NCBI RefSeq assembly: GCF_004010195.1
Contig: NC_057749.1
Location: 22,602,976-22,666,975 of the forward strand
Reading direction: 5' to 3'
Origin: Chiloscyllium plagiosum
Lineage: Eukaryota
Length of the DNA stretch: 64,000 nucleotides
The stretch's first letter is position 1. Each line of letters begins with the position of its first letter. Below the pieces are notes generated by a model. It searched no databases. It was given only the letters and a program-made list of their open reading frames with translations, and was not told where the DNA came from. Positions 11,535 to 25,025 of the stretch are shown here, in pieces. Position numbers and translations under genes: made by a program.

Positions 11535-14500
11535 AAGTGTCACTGTGTTCCTGCCGCATTCACATTGAACACCATTAACACTCACTGTGTTCCTGCTTCA
11601 TTCACACTGCACACCATTAACACACATTGTGTTCCTGCCTCATTTACACTCTGGACCTTTAACACTCACTGTGTTCCTGCTACATTCACACTGACCACCA
11701 ATAATACACATTGTGTTCTTGCTACATTCACACTCAGCAACATTAACACCTACTGTGTTCCTACTGCATTCACATTGTACATCATTAGCTCTCACAGCAT
11801 TCTTACCGCATTCACACTGAACACCATTAACACTCATTGTGTTACAGCTTCATTCACACTGAACACCATTAAGACTCACTGTGTTCCAGCTTCATTCGCA
11901 GTGAACGCCATTAACACTCACTGTGTTCCTGCTTCATTCGCATTGAACACCATTAACACTCACTGTGTTCCTGCTTCATTAACACTGAAAACCAACAACG
12001 CTTACTGTGTTCCAGTCGCATTCACAATGAAAATCATTCTCACTCACTGCGTTCCTGCCGCATTCACACTGAATACCATTAACAATCACTGTGTTCCTCC
12101 ATCATTAACATACAGCAACATTAACACCCACTGTGTTCCTGCTGCATTCACATTGTACACCATTATCACTCACTGTGTTCCTGCCTCATTCACACTGAAC
12201 ACCATTTACACTCACTGTGTTCCAGCCGCATTCACACTGAACACCATTAACACTCACTGTGTTCCTGCTTCACTCACGCTGAACACCATTAACTCCCACT
12301 GTGTTCCTGCTTCATTCACACTGAATACTACACACACTGACTGTGTTCCTGCTTCATTCACACCGAATTACTTTGGGTCTCACTGTGTTTCCTCTTCATT
12401 CACACCGAAAACTATTAACAGTCATCCCTGCTCCATTCAAACTGAAGAATATAAACATTCACTGTGTTACTGCTTCATTTACACTGAATACCACTAACAT
12501 TCACGGTGTTCGTACCTCATTCACACCAAAAACCATTCAGTCATCCCTGCTTCATTCACACTGAACACCATTAACACTCACTGTATTCCTGCTTCATTCA
12601 CACTTAACACCATTAACACTCACTGTGTTCATGCTACATTCACACTGAACACCATTAACACTCACTGTGTTCCAGCTTCATTCGCACTGAATACCATTAA
12701 CACTCACTGTGTTCCTGCTGCATTCACACTAAACACCATTAACACTCACTGTTTCCCTGCCTCATTCACACTATACGCCATTAACACTCACTGTGTTCAT
12801 GCTTCATTTACACTGAACACAATTAACACTCACTGAGTTCCCTCTTCATTCACACCGAAAACCATTAACAGACATCCCTGCTCCATTCAAACTGAAGAAT
12901 ATAAACATTCACTGTGTTACTGCTTCATTTACACTGAATACCACTAACACCCACGGTGTTCGTACCTCATTCACACCAAAAACCATTCAGTCATCCCTGC
13001 TTCATTCACACTGAACACCATTATCACTCACTGTGTTCCTGCTTCATTCACACTGAACACCATTATCACTCACTGTGTTCCAGCTTCATTCGCACTGAAC
13101 ACCATTAACATTCACTGAGTTCCTGCTTCATTCACACTGAACACCATTATCACTCACTGTGTTCCAGCTTCATTCACACTGAACACCATTAACACTCACT
13201 GTGTTCATGCTTCATTCACACTAAACACCATTAAGTGTCACTGTGTTCCTGCTACATTCACACTGAACTCCATTAACACTCAATGTGTTCCTGCCTCATT
13301 TACACTCAACACCATTAACACTCACTGTGCTCCTGCTTCATTCACACTGAACACCATAAACACTCACTGTGTTCCAGATACGTTCACACTGAATACTACA
13401 CACACTGACTGTGTTCCTGCTGCATTCACACTAAACACCACTAACACTCACTGTTTCCCTGCATCATTCACACTATACACCATTCACACTGTCCTCCAGG
13501 TTCATTCACAATGAACTCAAATAACACTCAGAGTGTTCCTGCTCCATTCACGCTGAACACCATTAAGACTCACAGATTTCCTGCTACATTCACACTGAAC
13601 ACCACTAACAGTCACTGTGTCCCTGCTTCATTCACACTGAACACCATAAACACTCATTGTGTCCCTGCTTCATTCACACTGAACACCATTAACACTCACT
13701 GTGTTCCAGCGTCATTCACACTGAACTCCATTAACACTCACTGTGTTCCAGCTTCATTCACACACAGTACCATTAACACTCACTGTGTTCCTGCGTCATT
13801 CACACTGAACTCCATTAACACTCTCTGTGTTCCTGATTCATTCCCACTGAACTCCATTAACACTCACTGTGTCCCTGCTTCATTCACACTGGACACCAGT
13901 AACACTCACTGTGTTCCTGCCGCATTCACACTGAACACAATTAACACTCAGTCTTCCTGGTTCAGTCGCACTGAACACCATAACCACTCACTGTGTTCCT
14001 GCTTCATTCACACTGAACACCATAAACACTCACTGTGTTCATGCTTCGTTCACAGTAAACACCATTAACATTCACTGTGTCCCTGCTTCATTCACACTGA
14101 ACAACACTAACATTCACTGTTTCCCTGCCTCATTCACACTATACAGCATTAACACTGTCTTCCAGGTTCATTCACAATGAACACAAATAACACTCAGAGT
14201 GTGCCTGCTTCATTCACACTGAACACCATTAAGACTCACTGTGTTCCAGCTTCATTCACATTGAACACCACTAACACTCACTGTGTTCATGCTTCATTCA
14301 CACTGAACACCATTAACTCCCACTGCGTTCCTCCTTCATTCAAACTGAATATGGCACGCACTCACTGTGTTCCTGCTTTATTCACACTGAACACAATTAA
14401 CACTCAGTGTTCCTGGTTCAGTCACAGTAAACATCATTAACACTCACTGTGTTTGTGCATCATTGACACTGAACACCATTAACGCTCACTGTGTTCTTGC

Positions 14501-17500
14501 TTCATTCACACTGAACACCATAAACACTCACTGTGTTCATGCTTCATTCAAACTGAGCACAATTAACACTCACTGTGTACTTGCCTCATTCACACTATAC
14601 ACCATTAACAATCACTGTGTTCCTGCTTAATTTACGCTGAACACAATTAACACTTATTGTGTTCCTGCTTCATTCACACTCAGTACTATTAACACTCATT
14701 GTGTTCCTGCTTCATTCACACTGAACACCATTAACACTCATTGTGTTCCTGCTTCATTCACACTCAGTACCATTAACACTCACTGTGTTCCTGCTTCATT
14801 CACACTGAACACCATTAACACTCACTGTGTTCCTGCATCATTCGCACTGAACACCATTAACACTCACTGTGTTTGTGCCTCATTCACACAGAACACCATT
14901 AACTCCCACTGTGTTCCTGCTTTATTCACACTGAATACTACACACACTGACTGTGTTCCTGCTTCATTCACACTTAATTACTTTGGGACTCACTGTGTTC
15001 CTACTTCATTCACACCGAAAACTATTAACAGACATCCCTGCCCCATTCATACTGAAGAATATAAACATTCACTGTGTTACTGCTTCATTAACACTGAATA
15101 CCACTAACACCCACGGTGTTCATACGTCATTCACATCGAAAACCATTAACAGTCATCCCTGCTTCATTCACACTGAATACCATTAACACTCACTGAGTTC
15201 ATGCTTCATTCACACTAAACACCATTAAGTGTCACTGTGTTCCTGCTACATTCACACTGAACACCATTAACACTCACTGTGTTCCTGCATCATTCGCACT
15301 GAACACCATTAACACTCACTGTGTTCCTGCTACATTCACACTGAACACAATTAACACTCACTGTGTTCCTGCCTCATTCACACAGAACACCATTAACTCC
15401 CACTGTGTTCCTGCTTCATTCACACTGAATACTACACACACTGACTGTGTTCCTGCCTCATTCACACTTAATTACTTTGGGACTCACTGTGTTCCCTCTT
15501 CATTCACACCGAAAACTATTAACAGACATCCCTCCCATTCATACTGAAGAATATAAACATTCACTGTGTTACTGCTTCATTAACACTGAATACCACTAAC
15601 ACCCATGGTGTTCATACGTCATTCACATCGAAAACCATTAACAGTCATCCCTGCTTCATTCACACTGAACACCATTAACACTCACTGAGTTCCAGTTTCA
15701 TTCACACTGAACACCATTAACACTCACTGTGTTCCTGGTTCATTCACAGTGAACACCATTAACACTCACTGTGTTTCTGCCTTATTCACACTTAGCACCT
15801 TTAACACTCAATGTGTTCCTGATTCATTTACACTGAACACAATTAACACTAACTGTGTTCCAGCTTCATTCACACTGAACACCATTAACACTCACTGTGT
15901 TTCTGCTTCATTCACACTCAGCAACATTAACTCTCACTGAGTTCCTGCCCCATTCATAGTGAACAAAAATAACACTCATTCTGTTACTGCTTCATTCACA
16001 CTCAACACCATTAACACTCACTGAGTTCCAGCTTCATTCACACTGAACACCATTAACACTCACTGTTTTCCTGGTTCATTAAAGTGAACACCATTAACAC
16101 TGACTGTGTTTCTGCATCATTCACAGTCAGCACCTTTAACACTCAATGTGTTCCTGATTCATTTACACTCATTACCATTTACTCTCAATGTGTTACTGCT
16201 TCATTCAAACTGAACACCATTAACTCTCACTGTATTCCTCGCTTCATTTATAGACAGCACCATTATCACTCACTGTGTACCGGCCTCATTCACAATGAAC
16301 ACCATTAACACTCACCGTGTTTCTGCCTCATTTACACTGAGTACCATTTGCACTCACTGTGTTCCTGCATCATTCACACTGAACACCATTAACACTCACT
16401 GTGTACCGGCCTCATTCACAATGAACACCATTAACACTCACTGTGTTTCTGCCTCATTTTCACTGAGTACCATTCGCACTCACTGTGTTCCTGCCCCATT
16501 CACACTGAACACCATTAACACTCACTGTGCTTCTGCCTCATTCACACTCAGCACCTTTAACACTCAATGTGTTCCTGATTCATTTACACTGAACACAATT
16601 AACACTTACTGTGTTCCAGCTTCATTCACACTGAATACCACCCGCACACACTGTGTTCCTGCTTCATTCACATTTCATTCCATTAGCTCTCACTGTTTTC
16701 CTGCTTCAAGCTCACCGAAAACCATGAACAGTCATCTGTGCTTCATTCAACCTGAACACCATTAACACTTACTGCATTCCTGCCTCATTCACACTGAACA
16801 CCATTACCACTCACTGTGTTCCTGCCTCATTCACACTGAACACCATTAACACTCACTGGGTTCCTGCTTCATTCACACTGAACACCATTAACACTCACTG
16901 TGTTCCTGCCTCATTCACACTGCACACCATTAACACTTACTGCGTTCCTGCCTCATTCACACTGAACACAATTAACACTCACTGTGTTCCTGCCTCATTC
17001 ACACTGAGCACCATTAACACTCACTGCGTTCCTGCTTCATTCGCACTGAACACCATTAACTCTCACTGTGTTCCTGCCTCATTCACACTGAACACCATTA
17101 ACACTCACTGTGTTCCTACCTCATTCACACTGAACACCATTACCACTCACTGTGTTCCTGCCTCATTCACACTGAACACCATTACCACTCACTGTGTTCC
17201 TGCCTCATTCACACTGCACACCATTAACACTTACTGCGTTCCTGCCTCATTCACACTGAACACCATTACCACTCACTGTGTTCCTGCCTCATTCACACTG
17301 AACACCATTAACACTTACTGTGTTCCTGCCTCATTCACGCTGAATGCCATTAACACTCACTGTGTTCCTGCTTAATTCACACTGAACACCATTAACACTC
17401 ACTGCGTTCCTGCTTGATTCACACTGAACACCATGAACAGTCACTTTGGCCATGCTTAATTCACACTGAACACTATTAACACTCTCTGTGTTCATGCTTC

Positions 17501-18179
17501 ATTCACGCTGAACACATTTACACTCACTGTGTTTCTGCCTCACTGACATTCAGCACCATTAACACACACTTTGTTCCTCCTTAATTCACAGTGAACACCA
17601 TTAACACTCACTGTGCTGCAGATTCCCCTTCACTCCTGTTCCTTGAACACTAGCAGCAGATGCCATTCATCTCCTTTTGCCTGTTCCATTCTTGCATTAA
17701 TGTGTGGCCTGCTGACCAGATATAGGTTTGTCATCCTGTTGTGTTTTAATCTGTAAGAGATAAAATTTGCTGTCTAGCTAATATGTGCAATTATTTTATC
17801 ATCTTAGAAACCTCACTAAGTTGACTCTTTAACCTTCTATTCTTGAGAGAATTGGATTGGTTCTCTGAAATGAATCTTGTTTGGACTCATTTTGCTGTGC
17901 TTGTGTTGCACCACCATTAAAGTTAATGTATCCTTCCTGGGGAATGGTCCCATTGATGTCTTTTATTCGCTCGTCTTTCCTCGGATGTGAGCAGCCCACC
18001 CCTGATATTCTTCCAGAAGTTGTTGTTGAATGACCATGTGGTTGCCGTCCCAATAATGTTGGATTTGCAGCTGTCGTGGTGTGACAGGGAGTTTTAGCCT
18101 TTTGACCATTAACAGGGAAGAAATTATAATGGCGCACAAAAATCAGAATGATAATGGACCTGGAGGGTAGCTTATAGCT

Positions 18180-18540
18180 AAGAGGGTTCCTATGCATCAG
18201 TTGCCCTTTACGTGGTTGCACGTGGTAAAGCTCATGGGTTTTGAAGATGCTCTCACAGGAACCTTGCTGAGTTACTGAAATATCACATAGATTCACCTTA
18301 ATACACATTGCTGTCCCTGTGCTCTGGTGATTGAGGGAGCAAATGATTAAGTTAATGAATGGAGTTTGTGCTGCGTTTGGCTCACAGGACATTGCTGGTC
18401 AATTTTCCCCTGTATTGGAAGGGTCCCAGTGTTGTAGACTGTACTTGGCCCTTGGTGCAGCTAGTTCTGGAGCACAAATCTTCAAGATTACATCCAGGAT
18501 ATTATTAGGGTCCATTGCCTTTGCTGCATTTATTTCCTTA
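18180..18540 (-). mobile_element. Old CR1-group LINE fragment with internal deletion
   Basis: AKAMDPNNILDVILKICAPELAAP followed by a 3' ORF2 segment related to 41690-42960. Confidence 0.65.
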
Positions 18541-19107
18541 TGCTGTTCATCTTAGATGGAACAAAGAGGCTTTGTAATGGGGGACCTCCAAAAGAGTTTT
18601 ATGTCTATACAACCTCCCCCCTCCCCCTAGTTATTTCATTATCCACTACCACTGTTATGTGTTCTGGTTCCCATAAATAAAATGCAATTACACTATAGAC
18701 TGCTTGGGCTGGATTAAGTATATTTCTCGCTGCTGTCTAAGTGGCTGATGGGCTGATAGATCATTACTCAGCACATGATGGGAGTGTGACATTGGCAGTG
18801 ACATCTCAGAATGTGCATTCACATAATGTTGTGTCTCAAGCTTTTCACTAATGATACAAAATAAATCCTTCTTTCTCCCAAAACATATTGTCTCTCTGTA
18901 TCAATGCTGTTGTTCCAATCATTTATTTTTTTCTCCAAAGCAAATTTGCAGTAAATTTTCATAAATAAACTGAAGCCATTAAGAGTTTTTTTCATGGCTT
19001 GTTTACTTTTCTCAGGAAAACATTATTGAGGTAAAGTGTATGTGGTAGGATTTTGTGCCTCTATTGTGGCATTCATTGCTCACATTAGCTCCTGATGATT
19101 GTTGCTG

Positions 19108-20200
19108 CTAGGGTATAGGAATCTTGCTCAGTTTTGCTAAAACTGCAACACTTACTGATGATATAGTTGATGTCAAACTAGTTAGTGATGTTGCTGGAGT
19201 TGTCTCACTGGTTTGTAAAGTTGTGTCACTGGTTCGTGAAGTTGTGCCACTGGTTAGTGAGGTTGGTGGAGATCTCTTGCAGGTTAGTGATATTATTGAT
19301 GCCTCACTAGCTCGTGATGCTGCTGGATTGTCTCACTGGTTAGTGACGTTTCCTCATTGCTTAGTGAAGTTGTGTCACTGTTTAGTGAGGTTGCTGGAGA
19401 TGTCTCACAGGTTAGTGATATTATTGATGTCTCACTAGTTAATGATGCTGCTGGAGTTGTTTCACTGGTTAGTGATGTTGCCTCGTTGGTTAGTGAAGTT
19501 GTGTCGCTGGTTAGTGAGGTCGATGATGTTGGTGTCATGTAATGTTTGTCCATTGAACAGCCCGTGCAGGAATCTGGCATGTTTGTTGAAGTGCTGACTT
19601 TCTTCTTACTGACGTAGTTCCTCCAACATTAAACACAGCAACGCTAATTAAGCATTGACGTAGTTCCTCCAAGTGACCAGGAGGTACTGTCAACAGATGT
19701 GAAGCTGGAAAAGCACAACAAATCAGACAGCATCCGAGGAGCAGGGAAGTCAATGTTTCGGGCCGAAATCCTTCGTCAGGATGAATGAAACGTTTCCTTT
19801 CCTGCTCCTCGGATGCTGTCTGACCTGCTGTGCTTTTCCAGCTTCACATCTATTGACTCTTGCTGCCAGCATCAATAGAGCAGGAGGAACTATCTTGTTT
19901 GGCAGTGTTGCTTTATCCTTCCTTCCATTTAACAAATCTGCAAGGAATTTCAAGTCAACCTTGACATGTGGGAACTGGAGTGACAATGAAGCAAGTTTTC
20001 GATCTTCCTTTGTCTTTCAGCATTTTGTGGGGTGGGCGCGGATTCTCCTGACCATTCTGTTCCCATTGGACAATAGGTTGATCCTGAGTCCATACTTTTC
20101 AGTAAATTCTTATATTCTCTGACGATGAATTGCATTCAATTGTCACATGTTTTCCCCTTTCAAATGTCCATTGCTTTAGTGAACAGAAATTGTACTGTAG
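19108..20200 (-). pseudogene. Decayed Ig-domain + Ser/Thr mucin-stalk gene (intronless here)
   Basis: GKHVTIECNSSSENIRIY*K (B-strand Cys; C-strand Trp read as TGA); after frameshifts ASLSLQFPHVKVDLKF/CRF (E/F strands); then ~140 codons of TSLTSETT-type repeats with a 1-nt frameshift near 19328. Confidence 0.5.
19689..19857. mobile_element. Penelope-derived fold-back element with a degenerate hammerhead (minus, 19751-19780)
   Basis: ~70-bp inverted arms; minus strand CTGACGA-AGGATTTCGGCCC-GAAACATT. Confidence 0.75.
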
Positions 20201-20379
20201 CTCTCAAATCAAAGAGAATTTTGAGCAGTGGTTTGAAGCTATAACATTTTCAACTGTGTGTCAATAACTTGGTTTCCACAATTTGTCATCGGCTGGGTGA
20301 TCATTCAATGGCTACACTAAGGACTTAATTAGCGTTGCTGTGTTTAATGTTGTTTTACATTAACAGTTAGTAGGGCCTG

Positions 20380-21660
20380 TAATCATGTTGAACTTCATAC
20401 AATTCTCTACCTGTGAATTGCCAAAGCTCCGACATGAGTTGTAGGTAGACAGGGAGGTGAAGAATTCGGCATGCTTGCTTTCATCAGCCAGAGCATTGAG
20501 TATAGGAGTTGGGACGTCTTGTTGCAGCCGGTAAAGTCACATTTGGAATATTGTATGCTATTCTGGTTAAGATTAGAGTGGTGCTGGAAAAGCACGGTAC
20601 ATCAGGCAGCATCTGAGGAGCAGGAAAATCGACATGTCGGGCAAAAGCCCTTCATCAGAAAAGACGCAGTTCTGGTCGCCCTATTAAAGAAAGGGTATTA
20701 TTAAACTAGAGAGAGTGCAGAAAAGATTTCCTAGGATGCTACCTGGATTGGAAAGTTTGAGTTGTAAGGAAAGGTTGGATAGGCTGGGACTTTTTTCGCT
20801 GGAGCATAGGAGACTGAGGAGTGACCTCACAGAGGTCTATAAAATCATGAGGTAGATAGCCAACAGCTTTGCCCCATGATAGAGGAGTCTAAAACTAGAG
20901 GGTATAGGTTTAAGGAGAGAGGGGTGAGGTATAAAAGGGTCCAGAGGGGCAATTCTGTTTCACAGAGTGTCTCACACGGGCTGCCAGTAGAAGTGGTAGA
21001 GACAAAAGAAACTGCACCTGCTGGAATCCAGACAGGCAGGAGGCTGGAGGAACGCTGCAGGCCAGGCAACATAAGGAGGTGGAGAAGGTGACATTTCAGG
21101 TGTAAGGATTACACCTAAAACGTCGACTTTTCCACCCCCTGACGCTGCCTGGCCAGAGGTAGTGGTGGAAACAAATACAATTTTGTCATTTAGATTACAT
21201 TCCCTAAGGTATGGAAACAGGCCCTTCGGCCCAACAAGCCAACACTGACCCTCAAAGGGTAACCCATCCCTACCTTATATTTACCCCTGATTAATGCACC
21301 TAACACTACGGGCAATTTAGCATGGCCAATTCACCCTAACCTGCACATTTTTGGATTGTGGGAGGAAACCCATGCAGACACGGGGAGAATGTGCAAACTC
21401 CATACAGACACCCAAGGGTGGAATCAAACCCAGGTCCCTGGCGCTGTGAGGCAGCAGTGCTAACCACTGAGCCACTGTGTCGCCGAAAAGAAACATTGAG
21501 AAACATTTGAGAAACATTTAGACAGGTGCATGGATGGGATTGGTTCAGAGGGCTATGGACCAAATGTAGGCAAGTGGGACTAGATTAATTGTGAAAACTG
21601 GTCGGTATGGACAAGTTGGGCCGAAGGGTCTGTTTCCACGCTGTAAACCTGTCTGACTCT
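20380..21660 (+). mobile_element. CR1 3' region interrupted by two Penelope-like pieces (~20570-20660, ~21003-21155) and an HE1
   Basis: MLAFISQSIEYRSWDVLLQ, QFWSP and LFSLE motifs with nested insertions. Confidence 0.8.
21190..21484 (-). mobile_element. HE1 V-SINE
   Basis: Reverse-complement A/B boxes, core and TCTAA tail. Confidence 0.85.
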
Positions 21661-22541
21661 GTGAGTGGAACTGGTGAGAAGCCACTTCGACAGGCACTTT
21701 TTAAAAAAATCTTTGATAGAAACAGCTTCTTGAATTTTGCAGTGTCGCTCTGGAATTTCTTTCCAACGACTGGAGGATCTGATGGACAACGTTCCAGAAA
21801 ATGTTGGCAAATTGGCTGGAGGAATAACCACTGCATTGTGGAACAGGAAACAAGTAAACAAGACAAAGGCAGGAACCACAGCATTTCACAAATTCTATGC
21901 AAATTGAAAGCTACATCTTTACTGCATACTTTAAAATTATTTTAATGGTTTTAATTGAGCAATGTAACTTATTGGGTGCTATGTTTTATCTTTTTTTGAA
22001 ACGGAAGATCTGATGGAACCTAATTCCATCTTTTACATTGGTTCCTTTGCTCACCTATGTTTGACTTAAAGTTGGTTCACATAAAGTCATGCCTTTCAGG
22101 AATTCAGCCGCACCTTAGAGTAAGACTGATTGTATCACCTCCTTCTTTGGTTGCGTATTCTTTGTATTTCCCACACAGCTGATCTGGCTTTGGGCTTATG
22201 CTTCCCCATTCCAATGCCACCTTTGTGCACCTTCTGGAGAAGGTCTTCCTGCATTGCCTTGTAGTCAGATCCAGCCTCACATTAAAGTATCTATTAGTGA
22301 GATATAAAGCCTGACAGATTAGTACTGCTCAGTTGCTGGCTGTATCAACCCTGGCCACCCTGCATCACTTACCAAGAGAGTATCTCGTGTTCTCATCTTT
22401 GCTGATTTCCTCCTAAGTTTAACTCAGTTTCAGCTGTGTAATGTTCCCCTAACTCATTTACCTGATGGTCTACTGAGATACTCTGCATTCTTCAGAACAG
22501 CTCAACCACGGGCTGAGAGGATCACCACAGGGACACAGCTT

Positions 22542-22970
22542 GTGTGTGTGTGTGTGGGTGTGTATGTATGTATGTAGTGTGTGCGTGCATCTGTATGTGT
22601 AGTGTATGTGCATATAGTGTGTGTGTGTGGTGGGCATTTATGTATCTGTCTCTGTGTGTCTGTAGTGTGTGTGTTTGTGTATATGTGTTTGTGGGATATC
22701 TGAGTGTGTGTAGTGTGTGTGTATCTGTGAGTGTGTGTCTCTGTGTGTATGTTGTATGTCTGTATGTATGTAATATGTGCATGCATCTGTATGTGCAGTG
22801 TGTGTGTGTGTGTGTGTGGTGGGTGTTTATGTGTGTGTCTGTAGTGTGTGTGTTTGTGCATCTGTGTTTGTGTGATGTCTGGGTGTGTGTACTGTTTGTA
22901 TGTCCATGTGTGTATCTGTGTGAGTGTGTGTCTGTGTATATGAATATGTATCTGTATGTGTATGTGTGCG
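22542..22970. repeat. Degenerate (TG)n low-complexity tract
   Basis: Direct inspection. Confidence 0.95.
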
Positions 22971-23914
22971 GTTTCCCTATATAACTTCGCATAGTTTCAA
23001 AGTACTTTACATGGAGTATTCATTTCCTTCCAAATTATCAGAAAAGCTCCTTCTTGCATAGTTTGAGTGGGTTGATGTTACTTTGTTCTCTGGTATCAGG
23101 TTTCAGATTGATGGGTCTGAGTTTATATCTCAATCTCTTCCTGATCTGAATGATTGTGTGGATTTCTGTTCTTTTGGGAACTCTTGCATCCAGCCATTTC
23201 GCACAGTATTTTTTTCTTTCTTAATATTAATTTACACAATGTGGGTGTCATTGGCCAGGCCAGTGTTTATTGCCCATCCCCAACTGCCCAGAGGCTAGTT
23301 AAGAACTAACTTTGCCGGGGTAACATACAGGCCAGGGTTTAGATCAGAGTGGTGCTAGAAAAGCACAGCAGGTCTGGCCGCATCCGAGGAGCAGGAAAAC
23401 CGACGTTGCAGGATTTGAACCCACATCCTTGGATTAATAGTCTCGCAAAAATACAATGAGGCCATTGCCTCCCCATCCTCCTCGATTGATTGTGTCCTCA
23501 ATCCTCATCATCATCTTCCAAAATTTATCTTTAGTTCTGTTTACTTCTCTTTCGCCCTCTTGCTTTATCCCTGCCAAACCATTTAAAATCTTCTCTCTTT
23601 CTTTTCCACAGATTTTCCCGGTGCTCTGGCTTTCCACAAGGTCATGTCTGAGAACGCATGTGGCTGAACAGCTCTTGCCTCTATCTCTGCCTGGCGAGTG
23701 TTCATCTCTATCTTTCTGCCTTTCTCCTGACTGAACTGAAAGCTACCTCTTCAGGCAGCCAGCATCTTCCTCTGTCTACTCATGTGTTCTGACAGTGTCT
23801 CCAGTCTGTAAAATTATTGTGAGTTTATCTTTATCATCAGTTCTTTTTGCACTGGAAAGCCCCACATTAGCTGATTAAACACAATGTGGGGGAAAATTAC
23901 TGGAGATGTTGGAA

Positions 23915-24232
23915 TAGAGCCATAGAGTCTTACAGCACGGCCCGAACTGGTCCATGCCGACCAAAATGTACATCCATGCTATCCCCGTTTCCCTGCACTT
24001 GGTCTATATCCTTCTAATCCTTTCCTATCCATGTTTTTTTCCCAAATGCCTTTTAAATGTTGTTAATGTACCCACCTCAACCACTTCCCCTGGCAGCTCA
24101 TTCCATATGCGTATCACTCTCTGTGTAAAAAAAGTTGCCCTCAGGTTCCCTTTTATTCTTTCCCCTCTAACCTTAACCTGATGCCCTCTAGCCCTTGATT
24201 CCCCAACCCTGGGAAAAAGACTGAGTGCATTT
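23915..24232 (-). mobile_element. CR1 3' end
   Basis: TRGH / FFTQRV / WNELP segment and 3' UTR. Confidence 0.85.
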
Positions 24233-24239
24233 GAGGAGC

Positions 24240-25025
24240 GGCAGATGGAGCTTAATTTGAATAAAGGTGAGCTGCTGCATTTTGGAAAGGCAAATCAGGA
24301 CAGGACTTATACATGTAATGGCAGGGCCTTGGGGAGGGTTGGCAAACAAAGAGACCTTGGGTTGCAAGTTCATACTCCCTTGAAGTTGGAGTCACAGGTA
24401 AACAGGGTGGTGAAGAAGGCATTTGGTATGCTTGCCTTTATTGGTCAGTGCATGACGTGGAGGAGTTGGGAGATCATTTTGCAGCTGTACAGGACTGCTT
24501 AAGCCACTTTTGGGATACACATTCGATTCAGCTCTCCCTGTCAGAGGAAAGATGTTGTGAAACCTGAAAGGACTCAGAAAAGACTTACAAGGATGTTGCC
24601 GAGGTTAGAGAGTTTGAGCTATAGGGTGAGGCTGAGTAGGCTGGGGCTATTTTCCCTGGAGCGTCGGGCGCTGAGAGCTGACCTTATAGAGGTTTATAAA
24701 ATCATGAGGGGCATTTTTAGGGTAAATTGTCAAGGTCGTTGGGTGGGGGAGTCCGAAACTAGAGGGCGTTGGCTTGAGATGAGAGGGTGAAGATTTAAAA
24801 GGGACCCGAGGGGCAACCTTTTCATGCAGAGGGTGGTGCGTGTATGGAATGAGCTGCCAGAGGAACTGTGGAAATGGTCACAATTACAACATTTAAAATT
24901 TGATAGGATGGGTTGAGAGGGATATGGGTCAAGTGCTGGCAATGGGAATGATTAATTTAGGATATCTGGTCCGCATGGACGAGTTGGACCAAAGGATCTG
25001 TTTCTGTGCTATACCGGTCTATGAT
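24240..25025 (+). mobile_element. CR1 3' fragment, head-to-head with the previous copy
   Basis: LHFGKANQDRTY..RDLG..KAFGMLAFIG..LGLFSLERR..DLIEVYKIM. Confidence 0.9.

Larger units (their letters stand above)
5085..17617. repeat. 42-bp tandem satellite, consensus CACTGAACACCATTAACACTCACTGTGTTCCTGCTTCATTCA; roughly 230 visible units
   Basis: Direct periodicity; translates as LNTINTHCVPASFT repeats; interrupted by a CR1, Penelope pieces and an N gap. Confidence 0.97.

Noticed and set aside
7662..16765. Long ORFs of LNTINTHCVPASFT repeats, including 496 aa at 11007-12497
   Set aside because: By-product of a 42-bp stop-free frame; frames break randomly, span Ns and are antisense to the host gene.
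5085..17617. Satellite as a CRISPR array or a RAG recombination-signal array (CACTGTG/CACAGTG in each unit)
   Set aside because: No unique spacers and eukaryotic context. The best nonamer at 23-bp spacing (ACCATTAAC) matches only 5/9 and lacks the key A tract.
17829..18392. 187-aa minus-strand ORF
   Set aside because: The first half is an out-of-frame LINE remnant and the rest is unrecognised; kept only as part of the speculative cassette finding.
19016..19030. Plus-strand 15-nt microexon candidate (ctcag|GAAAACATTATTGAG|gtaaag)
   Set aside because: No other plus-strand exon or recognisable peptide supports it; opposite to the host gene.
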